Shown: positions 44,451 to 55,757 of the stretch, piece by piece
How the letters are laid out: every line of letters starts with the position of its first letter
How positions within the stretch are numbered: the first letter of the stretch is position 1
Assembly (NCBI GenBank): GCA_046290465.1
Contig: JBKAGP010000001.1
Coordinates: forward strand, 352,001-416,000
Reading direction: 5' to 3'
Length of the DNA: 64,000 nt
Origin: Planctomycetota bacterium
GTDB taxonomy: Bacteria > Planctomycetota > UBA1135 > UBA2386
Notes under the pieces: model-generated
Told to the model about the DNA's origin: nothing
The model's input: only the letters and a program-made list of their open reading frames with translations
The model's database searches: none
Translations under genes and position numbers: made by a program

Positions 44451-45104
44451 ATGCGCAAGACCACGCTGGTGTCGCTGCTGACCGCGACGTTCCTGTTCTC
44501 CTGCTGCGGCCCGGAGCCCAAGGGCCGAGACGACCTCTCGGCCGAGACCGGTGGCGCGCAGGTGCCAGCCGCCGCGGCAGCGCCCTCCGAGGCCGGACCG
44601 ATGGCTGGCGAGTCCGGCACGGATCCGGTTGCTGGTCATCCGGTCCCTGGTGATGCCTCCGAACCCGCTGCCCCAGAGTCGAAGAATCCGATGAGCTACA
44701 ACGAGCTGACCGAGGAAGAGGCCCACGTCCTGCTCGAGAAGGGCACCGAGCGCGCCGGCACCGGCGAGTACACCGACCTGAAGGACGAGGGGCTCTACAT
44801 CTGCCGGCAGTGCAACGCGCCGCTCTACCGCTCGGCCGACAAGTTCCACTCGGGCTGCGGCTGGCCGAGCTTCGACGACGAGATCGCCGGCGCGGTCGAA
44901 CGGCACGAGGACAAGTCGTGGGGCATGGTGCGCACCGAGATCGTCTGCAAGAACTGCAAGGGCCACCTCGGCCACGTGTTCTTCGGCGAGCGCATGACCG
45001 AGAAGAACACCCGCCACTGCGTCAACTCGGTGTCGATGCGGTTCGTGCCGGCCGGCGAGGAGCCGCCCAAGAAGATCGTGCTGCCGGCCACCGACGGCAA
45101 GTAG
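44451..45104 (+). CDS. msrB: Peptide-methionine (R)-S-oxide reductase MsrB with lipoprotein-like N-terminal extension
   Basis: [33 protein letters not shown]; leader [19 protein letters not shown]. Confidence 0.93.
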   Translation: MRKTTLVSLLTATFLFSCCGPEPKGRDDLSAETGGAQVPAAAAAPSEAGPMAGESGTDPVAGHPVPGDASEPAAPESKNPMSYNELTEEEAHVLLEKGTERAGTGEYTDLKDEGLYICRQCNAPLYRSADKFHSGCGWPSFDDEIAGAVERHEDKSWGMVRTEIVCKNCKGHLGHVFFGERMTEKNTRHCVNSVSMRFVPAGEEPPKKIVLPATDGK

Positions 45105-45107
45105 CGC

Positions 45108-46217
45108 TCAGCGCGCCTGCGGCCGCAGCACCTGCATGCGCAGGGGCTGCATCGAGCCGATCCGGGCGCGGACCTCGGCGAGCTCGCGGCGGGTGACCTC
45201 CAGGTCGATGTCGAGCTGCTGGCGCTCGACGGTCCGCGCGGCGCGTTCGCGTTCGTGCTCGAGCGCCTGGGTGAGACGGTCCTCGGCCTCCCGCTGCGCC
45301 TCGCGCAGGCTCTCCAGCCGGGCGCGCGCGCGGCTCCACTGCAGCTCCACCTCCGGCTGCTGCTGCAGGACCTTGAGCAGCATCGTCTCGATGTTGCCGA
45401 GCAGCTCCTGCCAGCGGTCGATGCCGCGGTCGACCTCGGCGATCTGGCCCGCGACCTTGCGCATGCGGGCCCGCAGCTCGTCGCGGGTTTCGGGCTTCTC
45501 GGTCTGGAAGCGCGCTTCGAGTCCGAGCCGCAGGTTGTTGAGCTCGTCGCGCCTGTCGCGGCTGTCGGCGATCTCGTCGCGCAGCTTGTCGCGCAGCGCC
45601 GTGTTCTCGTCGCGCATCTTGGCGAGGTGCTTGCGGGCGTTGGACTCGGTGGCCTCGGCGAGCCGGGCCTCGAGCAGCTGCTCTTCGATCTGGCGACGGT
45701 TGCGGCGGGCGCGCTCGAGGTCGTTGGCGGTTCGCTCCAGCTGTATGCGCAGGTCGAGCGACCGCTTCTGCTGGGTCGCGTGGCGCCGTTCGAGGCGTTC
45801 CCGCCGTTCGTCGCACTCGCGGTGCGGCGCCGCGACCAGCACGTCCTCGAGGCGGCGGCGCAGGTGGTCGATCGCGGCGTCGATGCAGCGGTCCTGGGTG
45901 GCGTCGGTCCATTCGCCGGCGAACGCGACCGTCAGGTAGATGTCGAACTGGTAGGTGCCGGCGCGGTGTTCGCCGCGCATCAGCGCCGAGCTCTCGGTGA
46001 CCTGCTCGAAGCCGTCGCCGAGCCGGTCGCGCACGTGCTGGCCGAGCGCCTTCTCCTCGAGCATGCGCCCGATCAGGTGCTGGTTGACGACGATGTCGTT
46101 GGGCCCGGTGTGCAGCAGCACCTGGGCCTGGAGCTCGTGCGCGGCGGGCGACGGCGCGTCCTGGGCGAGCAGCGGCAGCGCACTGGCGAACAGGATCGGG
46201 AGCAGGCGGTGGTTCAT
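45108..46217 (-). CDS. Exported coiled-coil protein
   Basis: Signal peptide, about 250 aa E/R/L/Q-rich heptad region; ATGA overlap. Confidence 0.8.
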   Translation of the reverse strand: MNHRLLPILFASALPLLAQDAPSPAAHELQAQVLLHTGPNDIVVNQHLIGRMLEEKALGQHVRDRLGDGFEQVTESSALMRGEHRAGTYQFDIYLTVAFAGEWTDATQDRCIDAAIDHLRRRLEDVLVAAPHRECDERRERLERRHATQQKRSLDLRIQLERTANDLERARRNRRQIEEQLLEARLAEATESNARKHLAKMRDENTALRDKLRDEIADSRDRRDELNNLRLGLEARFQTEKPETRDELRARMRKVAGQIAEVDRGIDRWQELLGNIETMLLKVLQQQPEVELQWSRARARLESLREAQREAEDRLTQALEHERERAARTVERQQLDIDLEVTRRELAEVRARIGSMQPLRMQVLRPQAR

Positions 46218-46675
46218 CGGATCTCGTCGGTCGGGGTCGGGTGGTCGGTGGGGGCGAGCGCGAGCGCGCGCGCGTAGGCGAGTTCGAACGCGAGGTGGCG
46301 CCCAGGATCAAAGGGGCCACGATCGAATTGGCCGGCGTCGAAGGAGGCAGCATCGAACGTGCCAGCGTCGAAGGCACCGTGGCTCCCGCCGCGCAGCTGG
46401 GCCGGCGGCTGCGCGAGGTCCTCCAGCAGCTGTTCGAGGCGCCGTTCCAGCAGGTCGAGTTCGGTGGTCGCGGTCGACCCGGGGGGACACGTCGACCACC
46501 GGGCGGCGCCGATCATCGTGAGCCCGACCGCGAGCAGTGCGGCGACGGCGAGCGCGGCGGTGCGCCGGCGGCGCTGCCGCAGCCGCTGCGCCAGCCGTTG
46601 CGGCGTGATCGGCAGGCCCGGCGGCGGCGGCGTGCGTTCGTCGCAGGTGGCCAGCTGGTGCCGTTCGTCGGTCAT
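46214..46675 (-). CDS. Single-TM protein, putative anti-sigma factor
   Basis: Arg-rich segment followed by a TM helix; ATGA-coupled to the ECF sigma gene. Confidence 0.65.
   Translation of the reverse strand: MTDERHQLATCDERTPPPPGLPITPQRLAQRLRQRRRRTAALAVAALLAVGLTMIGAARWSTCPPGSTATTELDLLERRLEQLLEDLAQPPAQLRGGSHGAFDAGTFDAASFDAGQFDRGPFDPGRHLAFELAYARALALAPTDHPTPTDEIR
46301..46375 (-). repeat. Five degenerate 15-nt coding repeats (xFDxG pentapeptide)
   Basis: AFDAG TFDAA SFDAG QFDRG PFDPG. Confidence 0.8.
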
Positions 46676-47244
46676 GCGTCCGCTCCGGTCAGCCGGTCGC
46701 GCAGGCGCTGGCGGGCGCGCGACAGGCGCGCGTCGACGGCTGTGCGGCTGCAGCCGCACAGCGAGGCGATCTCTTCGACGTCACGCTGTTCGAGGTAGCG
46801 CAGCACCAGCACCTCGCGATCGCCGTGCGCGAGCTGCTGCATCGCGGCGCGGGTGCGGTCCAGCCGTTCGTCGTCGGTCTGGCGGTCCGGCACCGCTGGT
46901 TCGGCGATGCCGAACAGCGAGCGGAGCCGGCGGCGGCGGCGGTTGGCGTTGGCGTGCCGCTGGGCCTTGCGCAGCGCGATCGTGGTCAACCAGGTCCGCA
47001 GAGAACTGTCGCCGCGGAACCGTTCACGGTGGCGGAAGGCCGCCAGCAGCACGTCCTGCACCACGTCGTCGAGGTCGGCCGCCGACGCGCGCCAGCCGAG
47101 CAGCCGGTGCACCAGCCGTCGCAGCCGCGGCGCCTCGGCGCACAGGGCATCGTCGCGCGCCTGCGGGGCGTCGGCCGCGCGGTCGCCGGCGGCGCCGGGC
47201 ACGCCGTCGTGGTCGCTGGTCCAGGCTGCCAGGATCTCGAGCAT
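46672..47244 (-). CDS. ECF RNA polymerase sigma factor
   Basis: DLDDVVQDV, FRGDSSLRTWL, REVLVLRYLE, RLSRARQRL. Confidence 0.93.
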   Translation of the reverse strand: MLEILAAWTSDHDGVPGAAGDRAADAPQARDDALCAEAPRLRRLVHRLLGWRASAADLDDVVQDVLLAAFRHRERFRGDSSLRTWLTTIALRKAQRHANANRRRRRLRSLFGIAEPAVPDRQTDDERLDRTRAAMQQLAHGDREVLVLRYLEQRDVEEIASLCGCSRTAVDARLSRARQRLRDRLTGADA

Positions 47245-47320
47245 CGCCCCATTGGACCCAGCACGGGCGTGCATCTGACAGGCGATCGCGATTTCCCGAG
47301 GTGCCGAAGCGAACGGCTGG

Positions 47321-47365
47321 TCAGAGGATCAGGGGCTCAGAGGATCAGGGGCTCAGAGGATCAGG
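47321..47365. repeat. 16-bp tandem repeat (TCAGAGGATCAGGGGC x2.8)
   Basis: Units start at 47321, 47337 and 47353; the last is partial and contains the stop codon of the adjacent gene. Confidence 0.9.
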
Positions 47366-48765
47366 CGCAGCGGCAGGCTGGTGTCGAAGGTGGTCGGCGA
47401 CAGCGTGCCCCAGAGGAAGTAGAGCTGCTGGCCGGAGAACACGATGCCGGGCGGCAGCTGCAGCCGGGTGCGTTCGGGGTGGCCGTCGAACGGGTTGGCC
47501 GCCGGGCGCACGTAGACGTCGAGCACCGTGTAGGGGCCGAACGGGTTGTTGAGCGCCGCCGCCGAGATCGCCAGGCTCAGCTGCGGGTTGCCGGGCGGCG
47601 GCCAGCCGGTCATCCAGGTCTCGGCGAACTCCTGGCCACCGAACGGGTCGACGAAGCGGCTGGCCGACGCCTGCACCTGGTTGGGCAGGCCGGGCAGGAT
47701 CGGCGGCAGCGGCGTGCCGAGCATCATCGGCAGGTTGATCGGGCTCGGTTGCAGCGCGCTGCCGGGATCGAGCGAGCAGATGCCGTCGACGTCGTCGGGG
47801 CCGAGCCCGAGCGTCACCTCGGTGCTGATCGGCGAGCCACCGGGCAGCCGGTAGACGCTGTTGGTGCCGGTGCCGGGCAGGCAGAACAGGATCGGGTCGC
47901 GCGGTCCGGCGGGACCCGGCAGCAGCGGGTCGACCGAGAACAGCGCGAAGCCGCGCACGAGGTCGAGCGCCAGCGCGTCGAGGTCCTCGGACGGGTCGAT
48001 GCCGAAGTCGGCGGCGGTGAACGCGACCGTGACCGGACTCCACGTGCCGGGTGTCGGCAGCCACGTGGTCGAGAACACCGTCGCGCCGCTGCGCTGGGCC
48101 GGCACCGTCGTCCACGCCGCCGGGATTGCCGCGGTGGTCGCGTCGGACACCGAGAAGTAGACCGTCGGCGGCCCGAGCACCGCGGCGAGCTGCGGGTTCT
48201 GCTCGTAGATCAGCGACGTGAAGATGTCGTGCGCGTCGAGGTTGCCGGACGGGGCGGTGCCGAGCGCGGCGTCGATCTCGACCGAGTCCTGCGCGCGGAA
48301 CGGCACCCCGACGATCGCCGGCGGCAGCGAACTGCCGGGGATCACGTAGGCGAACACGTCGGCCGCCGCACCGTCGACGTTGGCGACCTCGTCGGCGATC
48401 ACGCCGCCGGGCGCACCGATGGTGCCGCGCGACACCGAGAAGCTGATCGCACCCCACTGCGGCGGCGCGATCACCGCCTCGCCGAGCGGGTTGGCGACGA
48501 CCCAGTCGAGCCCGAGCGACAGCGCGTCGACGTCGACCGGCACGCCGCCGAGGAACGTCGAGAAGTCCGGGCCAGGGCCGCCGCCGGTCGGCGGCAGCAC
48601 GCCGTCGATGCCGTAGTCGGAGGTTCCGACATCGGCCGGGCCGAGGCCGCCGAGCACGGTCGCGGGATCGACCGAGAACGCGTGTGGCAGCGCCAGCGTC
48701 GGGCCGCCGCTCTGCGCGAGCAGCGCGGTGGGCAGCAGGAACGACAGGATCGAAAGGCAGCGCAT
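47353..48765 (-). CDS. Secreted Pro/Gly-rich protein with four FSV...DxD(A/G) repeats
   Basis: Signal peptide; GAGGA RBS; motifs DVDAL, NLDAH, DLDAL, DVDGI. Confidence 0.8.
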   Translation of the reverse strand: MRCLSILSFLLPTALLAQSGGPTLALPHAFSVDPATVLGGLGPADVGTSDYGIDGVLPPTGGGPGPDFSTFLGGVPVDVDALSLGLDWVVANPLGEAVIAPPQWGAISFSVSRGTIGAPGGVIADEVANVDGAAADVFAYVIPGSSLPPAIVGVPFRAQDSVEIDAALGTAPSGNLDAHDIFTSLIYEQNPQLAAVLGPPTVYFSVSDATTAAIPAAWTTVPAQRSGATVFSTTWLPTPGTWSPVTVAFTAADFGIDPSEDLDALALDLVRGFALFSVDPLLPGPAGPRDPILFCLPGTGTNSVYRLPGGSPISTEVTLGLGPDDVDGICSLDPGSALQPSPINLPMMLGTPLPPILPGLPNQVQASASRFVDPFGGQEFAETWMTGWPPPGNPQLSLAISAAALNNPFGPYTVLDVYVRPAANPFDGHPERTRLQLPPGIVFSGQQLYFLWGTLSPTTFDTSLPLRLIL

Positions 48766-48780
48766 GGCGGGTCCTCGGGA

Positions 48781-51300
48781 TCAGCGGTGGCGACGCAGCA
48801 GCTCGCTGCGCTGGTTCTGGTAGGCGGGGTTCTCGGGAGCGAGGTCGACGGCGAGGTCGAGCAGCCACAGCCGCAGCCGCAGTCGCAGCGTCGGCGTCAG
48901 CTCGGCGTCGGCCAGCAACGCGCTCAGGTTGGCGATGCGGCGGGCGTTGCGCGGCTCGCTGCGCATCGACAGGAGCTGCGGCGTCAGCGCGTCCTGCAGC
49001 CGGTCCGTGCGCAGCATGTCGGCGAGCAGCCGCGAGGCGCGGATGCTGCCCCGCTTCGGCAACCGCGTCGACGCGTCGTCGGCCGCGGCGTCGAAGTGCT
49101 CGACGGCGCGCTGGGCGGCGTCGTGCATGGCCGCGAGGTCGGCTGCGACGTGCGCCTGCAGCGCCCGCACCAATTCGACGTTGGCCAGCTCGTACTCGCG
49201 CCAGCCGACGTCGGCGATGCGCCTCGCGACGGCCCGGGCGCCGTCGTAGTCGCCGAGTTCGCGCAGCGTCTGGCACAGCCCCGACAGGCTGTTGGGCAGC
49301 CACGGCCGCAGCTCGACGGCGCGTTCGTAGCAGCGCCGGGCCGCGGCGAGGTTGCCGAGCCGCAGGTGCGCGAAGCCCTTGTTGGTCCACGGGCCGTGCC
49401 GATCGGGGCGCAGCTCGAGCGAACGGTCGCAGTACGGCAGCGCCTGTTCGTACAGCTTCAGCTGCAGGTGGGCTGCGGCCAGCGTGTGCTGGGTGCGCGC
49501 CGTCGCGTAGCCGTAGACGCCCTCGAGCCGGCTCGCCTCGGTGATCGCGCGCTGCGGGTCGCGCCGCTGCAGGCCGAGGATCGCCAGCAGCCGCAGGTCC
49601 TGCGCCGGCAGGTAGTCGCCGCACGCGGTCAGCTGCCGGTCGGCGCGTTCGCAGTCGCGCGCGCGCAGCGCGTGGAAGCCGGCCAGGAAGTGGTCGTCGC
49701 GGGTGCGCGGCTCGGGCAGGCCGTCGAGGTCGGGCACGCCGCGGCCGTCGTCGCCGACCGGCGCGTCGGCGTAGCGCCGCGCGACCTCGCGCACGTAGTC
49801 GCTGCCGGCGATCTCGGCGATGCGGCGCAGGTCGTCGCGGGCGCCGTCGAGGCGGCCGTAGTCGAGCCGGCTCGCCGCGCGCAGCAGCCGCATGCCGAGG
49901 TCGCGGTCGTCGAGCTCGACCAGCTGGTCGAGTTCGCGCAGCAGCGCGTCCTGTTCGGCGACCGGCACCAGCGGCCGCTCGTCCGGGTAGCCCTCGATGC
50001 AGACATCGGCCGGCAACCGCGCGTGCCGTTGGCGCCACTGCAGCTCGGCCGCGTGCGCCTGCATCGACAGCCAGGCCGGCACGCCGACGCCGCCGAACAG
50101 CAGGGCCGCCACCGTCGCGGTCGCCGCCAGCGCGCGCGCCGGCCGTCGCCGGATCCGGCGCAGGCCGCGGCGCAGCCGACCGATCGGGCGCGCCGCCACC
50201 GGCAGGTGGTCGAGGAACGCGCGGAGGTCGTGCACCAGCGCACGCATCGTCGGATAGCGGCGGCGAACGTCGCGCTCGAGGCCGCGGTCGAGGATCGCCT
50301 GCAGGTCGCGCGGCAGGCCGGCGACGATCCGGTCGGCCGGGATCGGGTCCTCGTCGCGCAGCGACACCAGCACCTGCTGCAGGTCGCCGGCGTGCGGCGG
50401 CCGCAGCGTCAGCAGGTGGTAGAGGGTGGCGGTCAGGCCGTAGATGTCGAGCGACGGCTGCGGCTCGCCGCGCCCGGCGGCCTGCTCGGGGGCCATGTAG
50501 CACGGCGTGCCGAGCACCGTGTGGGTGCGCGTGATGCCGGCGTCGCCGGCGCGCGCCGCGATGCCGAAGTCGAGCAGCACCGCGCGGCCGTCGTCGCGCA
50601 CGAACGCGTTGCCGGGCTTGACGTCGCGGTGGCAGACGCCGCGTTGGTGCGCCGCGACCAGGCCGTCGCCGAGCTGCGCGGCCCAGACCACGGCCTGGCG
50701 CAGCCAGGTCGATGCGAGCTCGGCGGCCGGCAGCCGCCGGCGCAACCAGTCGAGCTCGGCGAAGCCGCGCAGCGACGGCCGGTCGTGCATCGCGCGCTGG
50801 CCGTGCGCCAGCACGTCGGCGAGCGTCGCGCCGCGCAGCAGTTCGGTGACCAGGTAGCTGGTGCCGTCGTCGGCGCGGCCCTGGTCGTAGATGCGCACGA
50901 TGTGCGGGTGTTCGTGGTCGGCGAGCACGACGGCCTCGCGATGGAAGCGCTGTTCGGCGTCGCCGCCGTCGAACAGGCCCCGGTGCAGCAGCTTGACCGC
51001 GACCTCGCGGTGCAGCCGCTGGTCGCGCGCGCGCCAGACCGTGCCGGCGGCACCGCTGCCGATCGCGTCGAGCAGCTGGTAGCGGTCGGCCAGCAGCGGC
51101 TGCTGCGGCGTCGCCGCGTCGGGAGCGGCGCGGTGCAGGGCGGCGACGTCGTCGCGCAGGCCGAGCGCGGCGCGCACCTCGGGCTCGAGCTCGGGGTGCT
51201 CGGCGCACAGCTCGGCGGGGTCGAGCGGCTGCCCGGCCTCGATGCGGGCGAGGCCCTCGGCGACCAGAGCGGCCAGCCGGTCTTCGTGGTCGGGACTCAT
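48781..51300 (-). CDS. Transmembrane Ser/Thr protein kinase with C-terminal TPR domain
   Basis: IGSGAAGTVW, VAVK, HRDVKPGN, DFG, GTPCYMAPE; one TM helix; TPRs; ATGA overlap with the sigma gene. Confidence 0.93.
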   Translation of the reverse strand: MSPDHEDRLAALVAEGLARIEAGQPLDPAELCAEHPELEPEVRAALGLRDDVAALHRAAPDAATPQQPLLADRYQLLDAIGSGAAGTVWRARDQRLHREVAVKLLHRGLFDGGDAEQRFHREAVVLADHEHPHIVRIYDQGRADDGTSYLVTELLRGATLADVLAHGQRAMHDRPSLRGFAELDWLRRRLPAAELASTWLRQAVVWAAQLGDGLVAAHQRGVCHRDVKPGNAFVRDDGRAVLLDFGIAARAGDAGITRTHTVLGTPCYMAPEQAAGRGEPQPSLDIYGLTATLYHLLTLRPPHAGDLQQVLVSLRDEDPIPADRIVAGLPRDLQAILDRGLERDVRRRYPTMRALVHDLRAFLDHLPVAARPIGRLRRGLRRIRRRPARALAATATVAALLFGGVGVPAWLSMQAHAAELQWRQRHARLPADVCIEGYPDERPLVPVAEQDALLRELDQLVELDDRDLGMRLLRAASRLDYGRLDGARDDLRRIAEIAGSDYVREVARRYADAPVGDDGRGVPDLDGLPEPRTRDDHFLAGFHALRARDCERADRQLTACGDYLPAQDLRLLAILGLQRRDPQRAITEASRLEGVYGYATARTQHTLAAAHLQLKLYEQALPYCDRSLELRPDRHGPWTNKGFAHLRLGNLAAARRCYERAVELRPWLPNSLSGLCQTLRELGDYDGARAVARRIADVGWREYELANVELVRALQAHVAADLAAMHDAAQRAVEHFDAAADDASTRLPKRGSIRASRLLADMLRTDRLQDALTPQLLSMRSEPRNARRIANLSALLADAELTPTLRLRLRLWLLDLAVDLAPENPAYQNQRSELLRRHR

Positions 51301-51917
51301 CGGCCCGCCCCCGGATCGACGCCGCGCTGCCGCAGCCGGACCAGCAGCCGGCCCTGGACCAGGTGGAAGGCCTTGCGCGCCGCGTCCGCGGACGGCCACG
51401 CCAGCCGCTCGGCCAGTTCGCCGAACTCGAGGCCATGCTCGAGTCGCAGCGTCAGCAGCGCGCGTTCGCGGTCGCCGAACGACTGCAGCACCTCGCGGTA
51501 GATCGCCAGCTGCTCCTCGTTGCCGGCCAGCGTCGCCGGGCCACCGCCCATGGCGTGCACGCCGGCGGTCTGCGGGCCGGCGTCGGACTCGCGGCGAACG
51601 TCGCGGCGCGCCGCCTGGCTGCGGCGCACCTGGTCGACCAGCCGGTGCTCGACCAGCGTCGCCAGCAGCGCCACGAACGCCTGCTCGCGGTCGCCTTCCC
51701 AGCGGTCGAGGTTGCGCAGCACCTCGACGAACACCTCCTGCACGATGTCGCCGGTCGACAGCTGCCGCAGCACCGCGTGCTGCTGCGGTCGCAGCCGCTG
51801 CCGCATCTGCTGGTGCACCAGGCCGGCGACGCGCTGGTAGTAGCGCGCCACCAGTTCGCTCCGGGCGTCGCGGTCGCCGTCGCGGGCGCGCTGCAGCAGT
51901 TCGGGCAGGCCGGCCAT
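51297..51917 (-). CDS. ECF sigma factor, kinase-associated type
   Basis: LLQRARDGD, LSTGDIVQEVF, sigma4 LEFGELAERL; translationally coupled to the kinase gene. Confidence 0.9.
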   Translation of the reverse strand: MAGLPELLQRARDGDRDARSELVARYYQRVAGLVHQQMRQRLRPQQHAVLRQLSTGDIVQEVFVEVLRNLDRWEGDREQAFVALLATLVEHRLVDQVRRSQAARRDVRRESDAGPQTAGVHAMGGGPATLAGNEEQLAIYREVLQSFGDRERALLTLRLEHGLEFGELAERLAWPSADAARKAFHLVQGRLLVRLRQRGVDPGAGR

Positions 51918-52044
51918 GTGCCCGAGTATGCTCGATCGGCGCGGACAGGCGCAGGGGGGGATCGCGACGCAGGCTGTCATCGTGCGTTGTCACCGCGCGG
52001 ACCCGACGGCAGCGGAACGGTTTTCCGCGGATTTCCGCACCGAG

Positions 52045-52084
52045 CGCCGGCTCGGGCCGCCCGTGGGGCCGGCGTTTTCTGTTT
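52045..52084 (+). terminator. Terminator-like hairpin with U tract upstream of the RluA-family gene
   Basis: CGCCGGCTC/GGGCCGGCG stem followed by TTTTCTGTTT. Confidence 0.4.
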
Positions 52085-52116
52085 CGCCCGGTCGGCGCAC
52101 CTGCTTGTCTTCTGCG

Positions 52117-53040
52117 ATGCACGAGATCGAGTTGGGCAACGCCGAGGACGGCCAGCGGCTCGATCGATACCTGCGCAAGCTGCTGCCGGACGTGCCGCTC
52201 GGTGGCATCTTCAAGCTGTTGCGCCGCGGCACGATCCGGATCGACGGCAAGAAGGCCAGGCAGGACCTGCGGCTGCAGGCCGGCATGGTGCTGACGCTGC
52301 CCGACAACCTCGGCGCGGCCGTCGGTGCGACCCCGCTGCCGCCGCCGCCGACGCCGCCGGCGCCGAGCACGCTCTTGCCCTCGATCGTGCACCGCGACGA
52401 CGCGCTGCTGGTCGTCGACAAGCCGGCCGGGCTGCCGGTGCAGCCGGGCAGCGGCCACCAGCACCACCTGGTGGGCTGGCTCGACGGCCAGCCGTTCGGC
52501 GTGCGCACCCCGACCTACCGGCCGGCACCGGTGCACCGCCTCGACCGCGGCACGTCGGGGCTGGTCGTCATCGGCCTGACGCCGCAGGCCTCGCGGGCGC
52601 TGAGCCACGCGTTCCGCGACGACCAGGTCGACAAGGTCTACGCCGCCGTCGTCGAAGGCGTGCCCGCGCCCGAGCGCGGCACGATCGACGCGCCGCTGTG
52701 GCTGCGGGAGACCGCGCGTCCGAGCCAGCCGAAGGTGCACGTCGACGCGCGCGGCAAGCCCGCGGTCAGCGACTACGAGGTGCTCGAGCGCGGCCCGCGC
52801 CGTTCGCTGCTGCGGGTCGTGCTGCACACCGGCCGCACGCACCAGATCCGCGCGCACCTCGCGCACCTCGGCCACCCGATCGTCGGCGACCGGCGCTACG
52901 GCTCTTCGGTCGACCTCGGCCGCGGCCAGTTCCTGCTGCACGCAACACAGCTGAGCCTGCCGCATCCGGTCTCCGGCGAACGCAGGACCTTCGTTTCACC
53001 CGTGCCCGCGCGGCTGTCGAAAGCGATCCGTCAACGTTGA
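52117..53040 (+). CDS. RluA/RluC family pseudouridine synthase with S4 domain
   Basis: GQRLDRYL, DKPAGL, HRLDRGTSG, TGRTHQIR, LLHA. Confidence 0.95.
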   Translation: MHEIELGNAEDGQRLDRYLRKLLPDVPLGGIFKLLRRGTIRIDGKKARQDLRLQAGMVLTLPDNLGAAVGATPLPPPPTPPAPSTLLPSIVHRDDALLVVDKPAGLPVQPGSGHQHHLVGWLDGQPFGVRTPTYRPAPVHRLDRGTSGLVVIGLTPQASRALSHAFRDDQVDKVYAAVVEGVPAPERGTIDAPLWLRETARPSQPKVHVDARGKPAVSDYEVLERGPRRSLLRVVLHTGRTHQIRAHLAHLGHPIVGDRRYGSSVDLGRGQFLLHATQLSLPHPVSGERRTFVSPVPARLSKAIRQR

Positions 53041-53075
53041 TGCCTTCGCCTGCCCAACCGGGTACACCGCTGTCG

Positions 53076-55739
<2,664 letters not shown>

Positions 55740-55757
55740 TGCTGCCGCAGGCGTCGG

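Noticed and set aside
47321..47365. Possible CRISPR array
   Set aside because: Contiguous 16-bp units without spacers; no cas genes.
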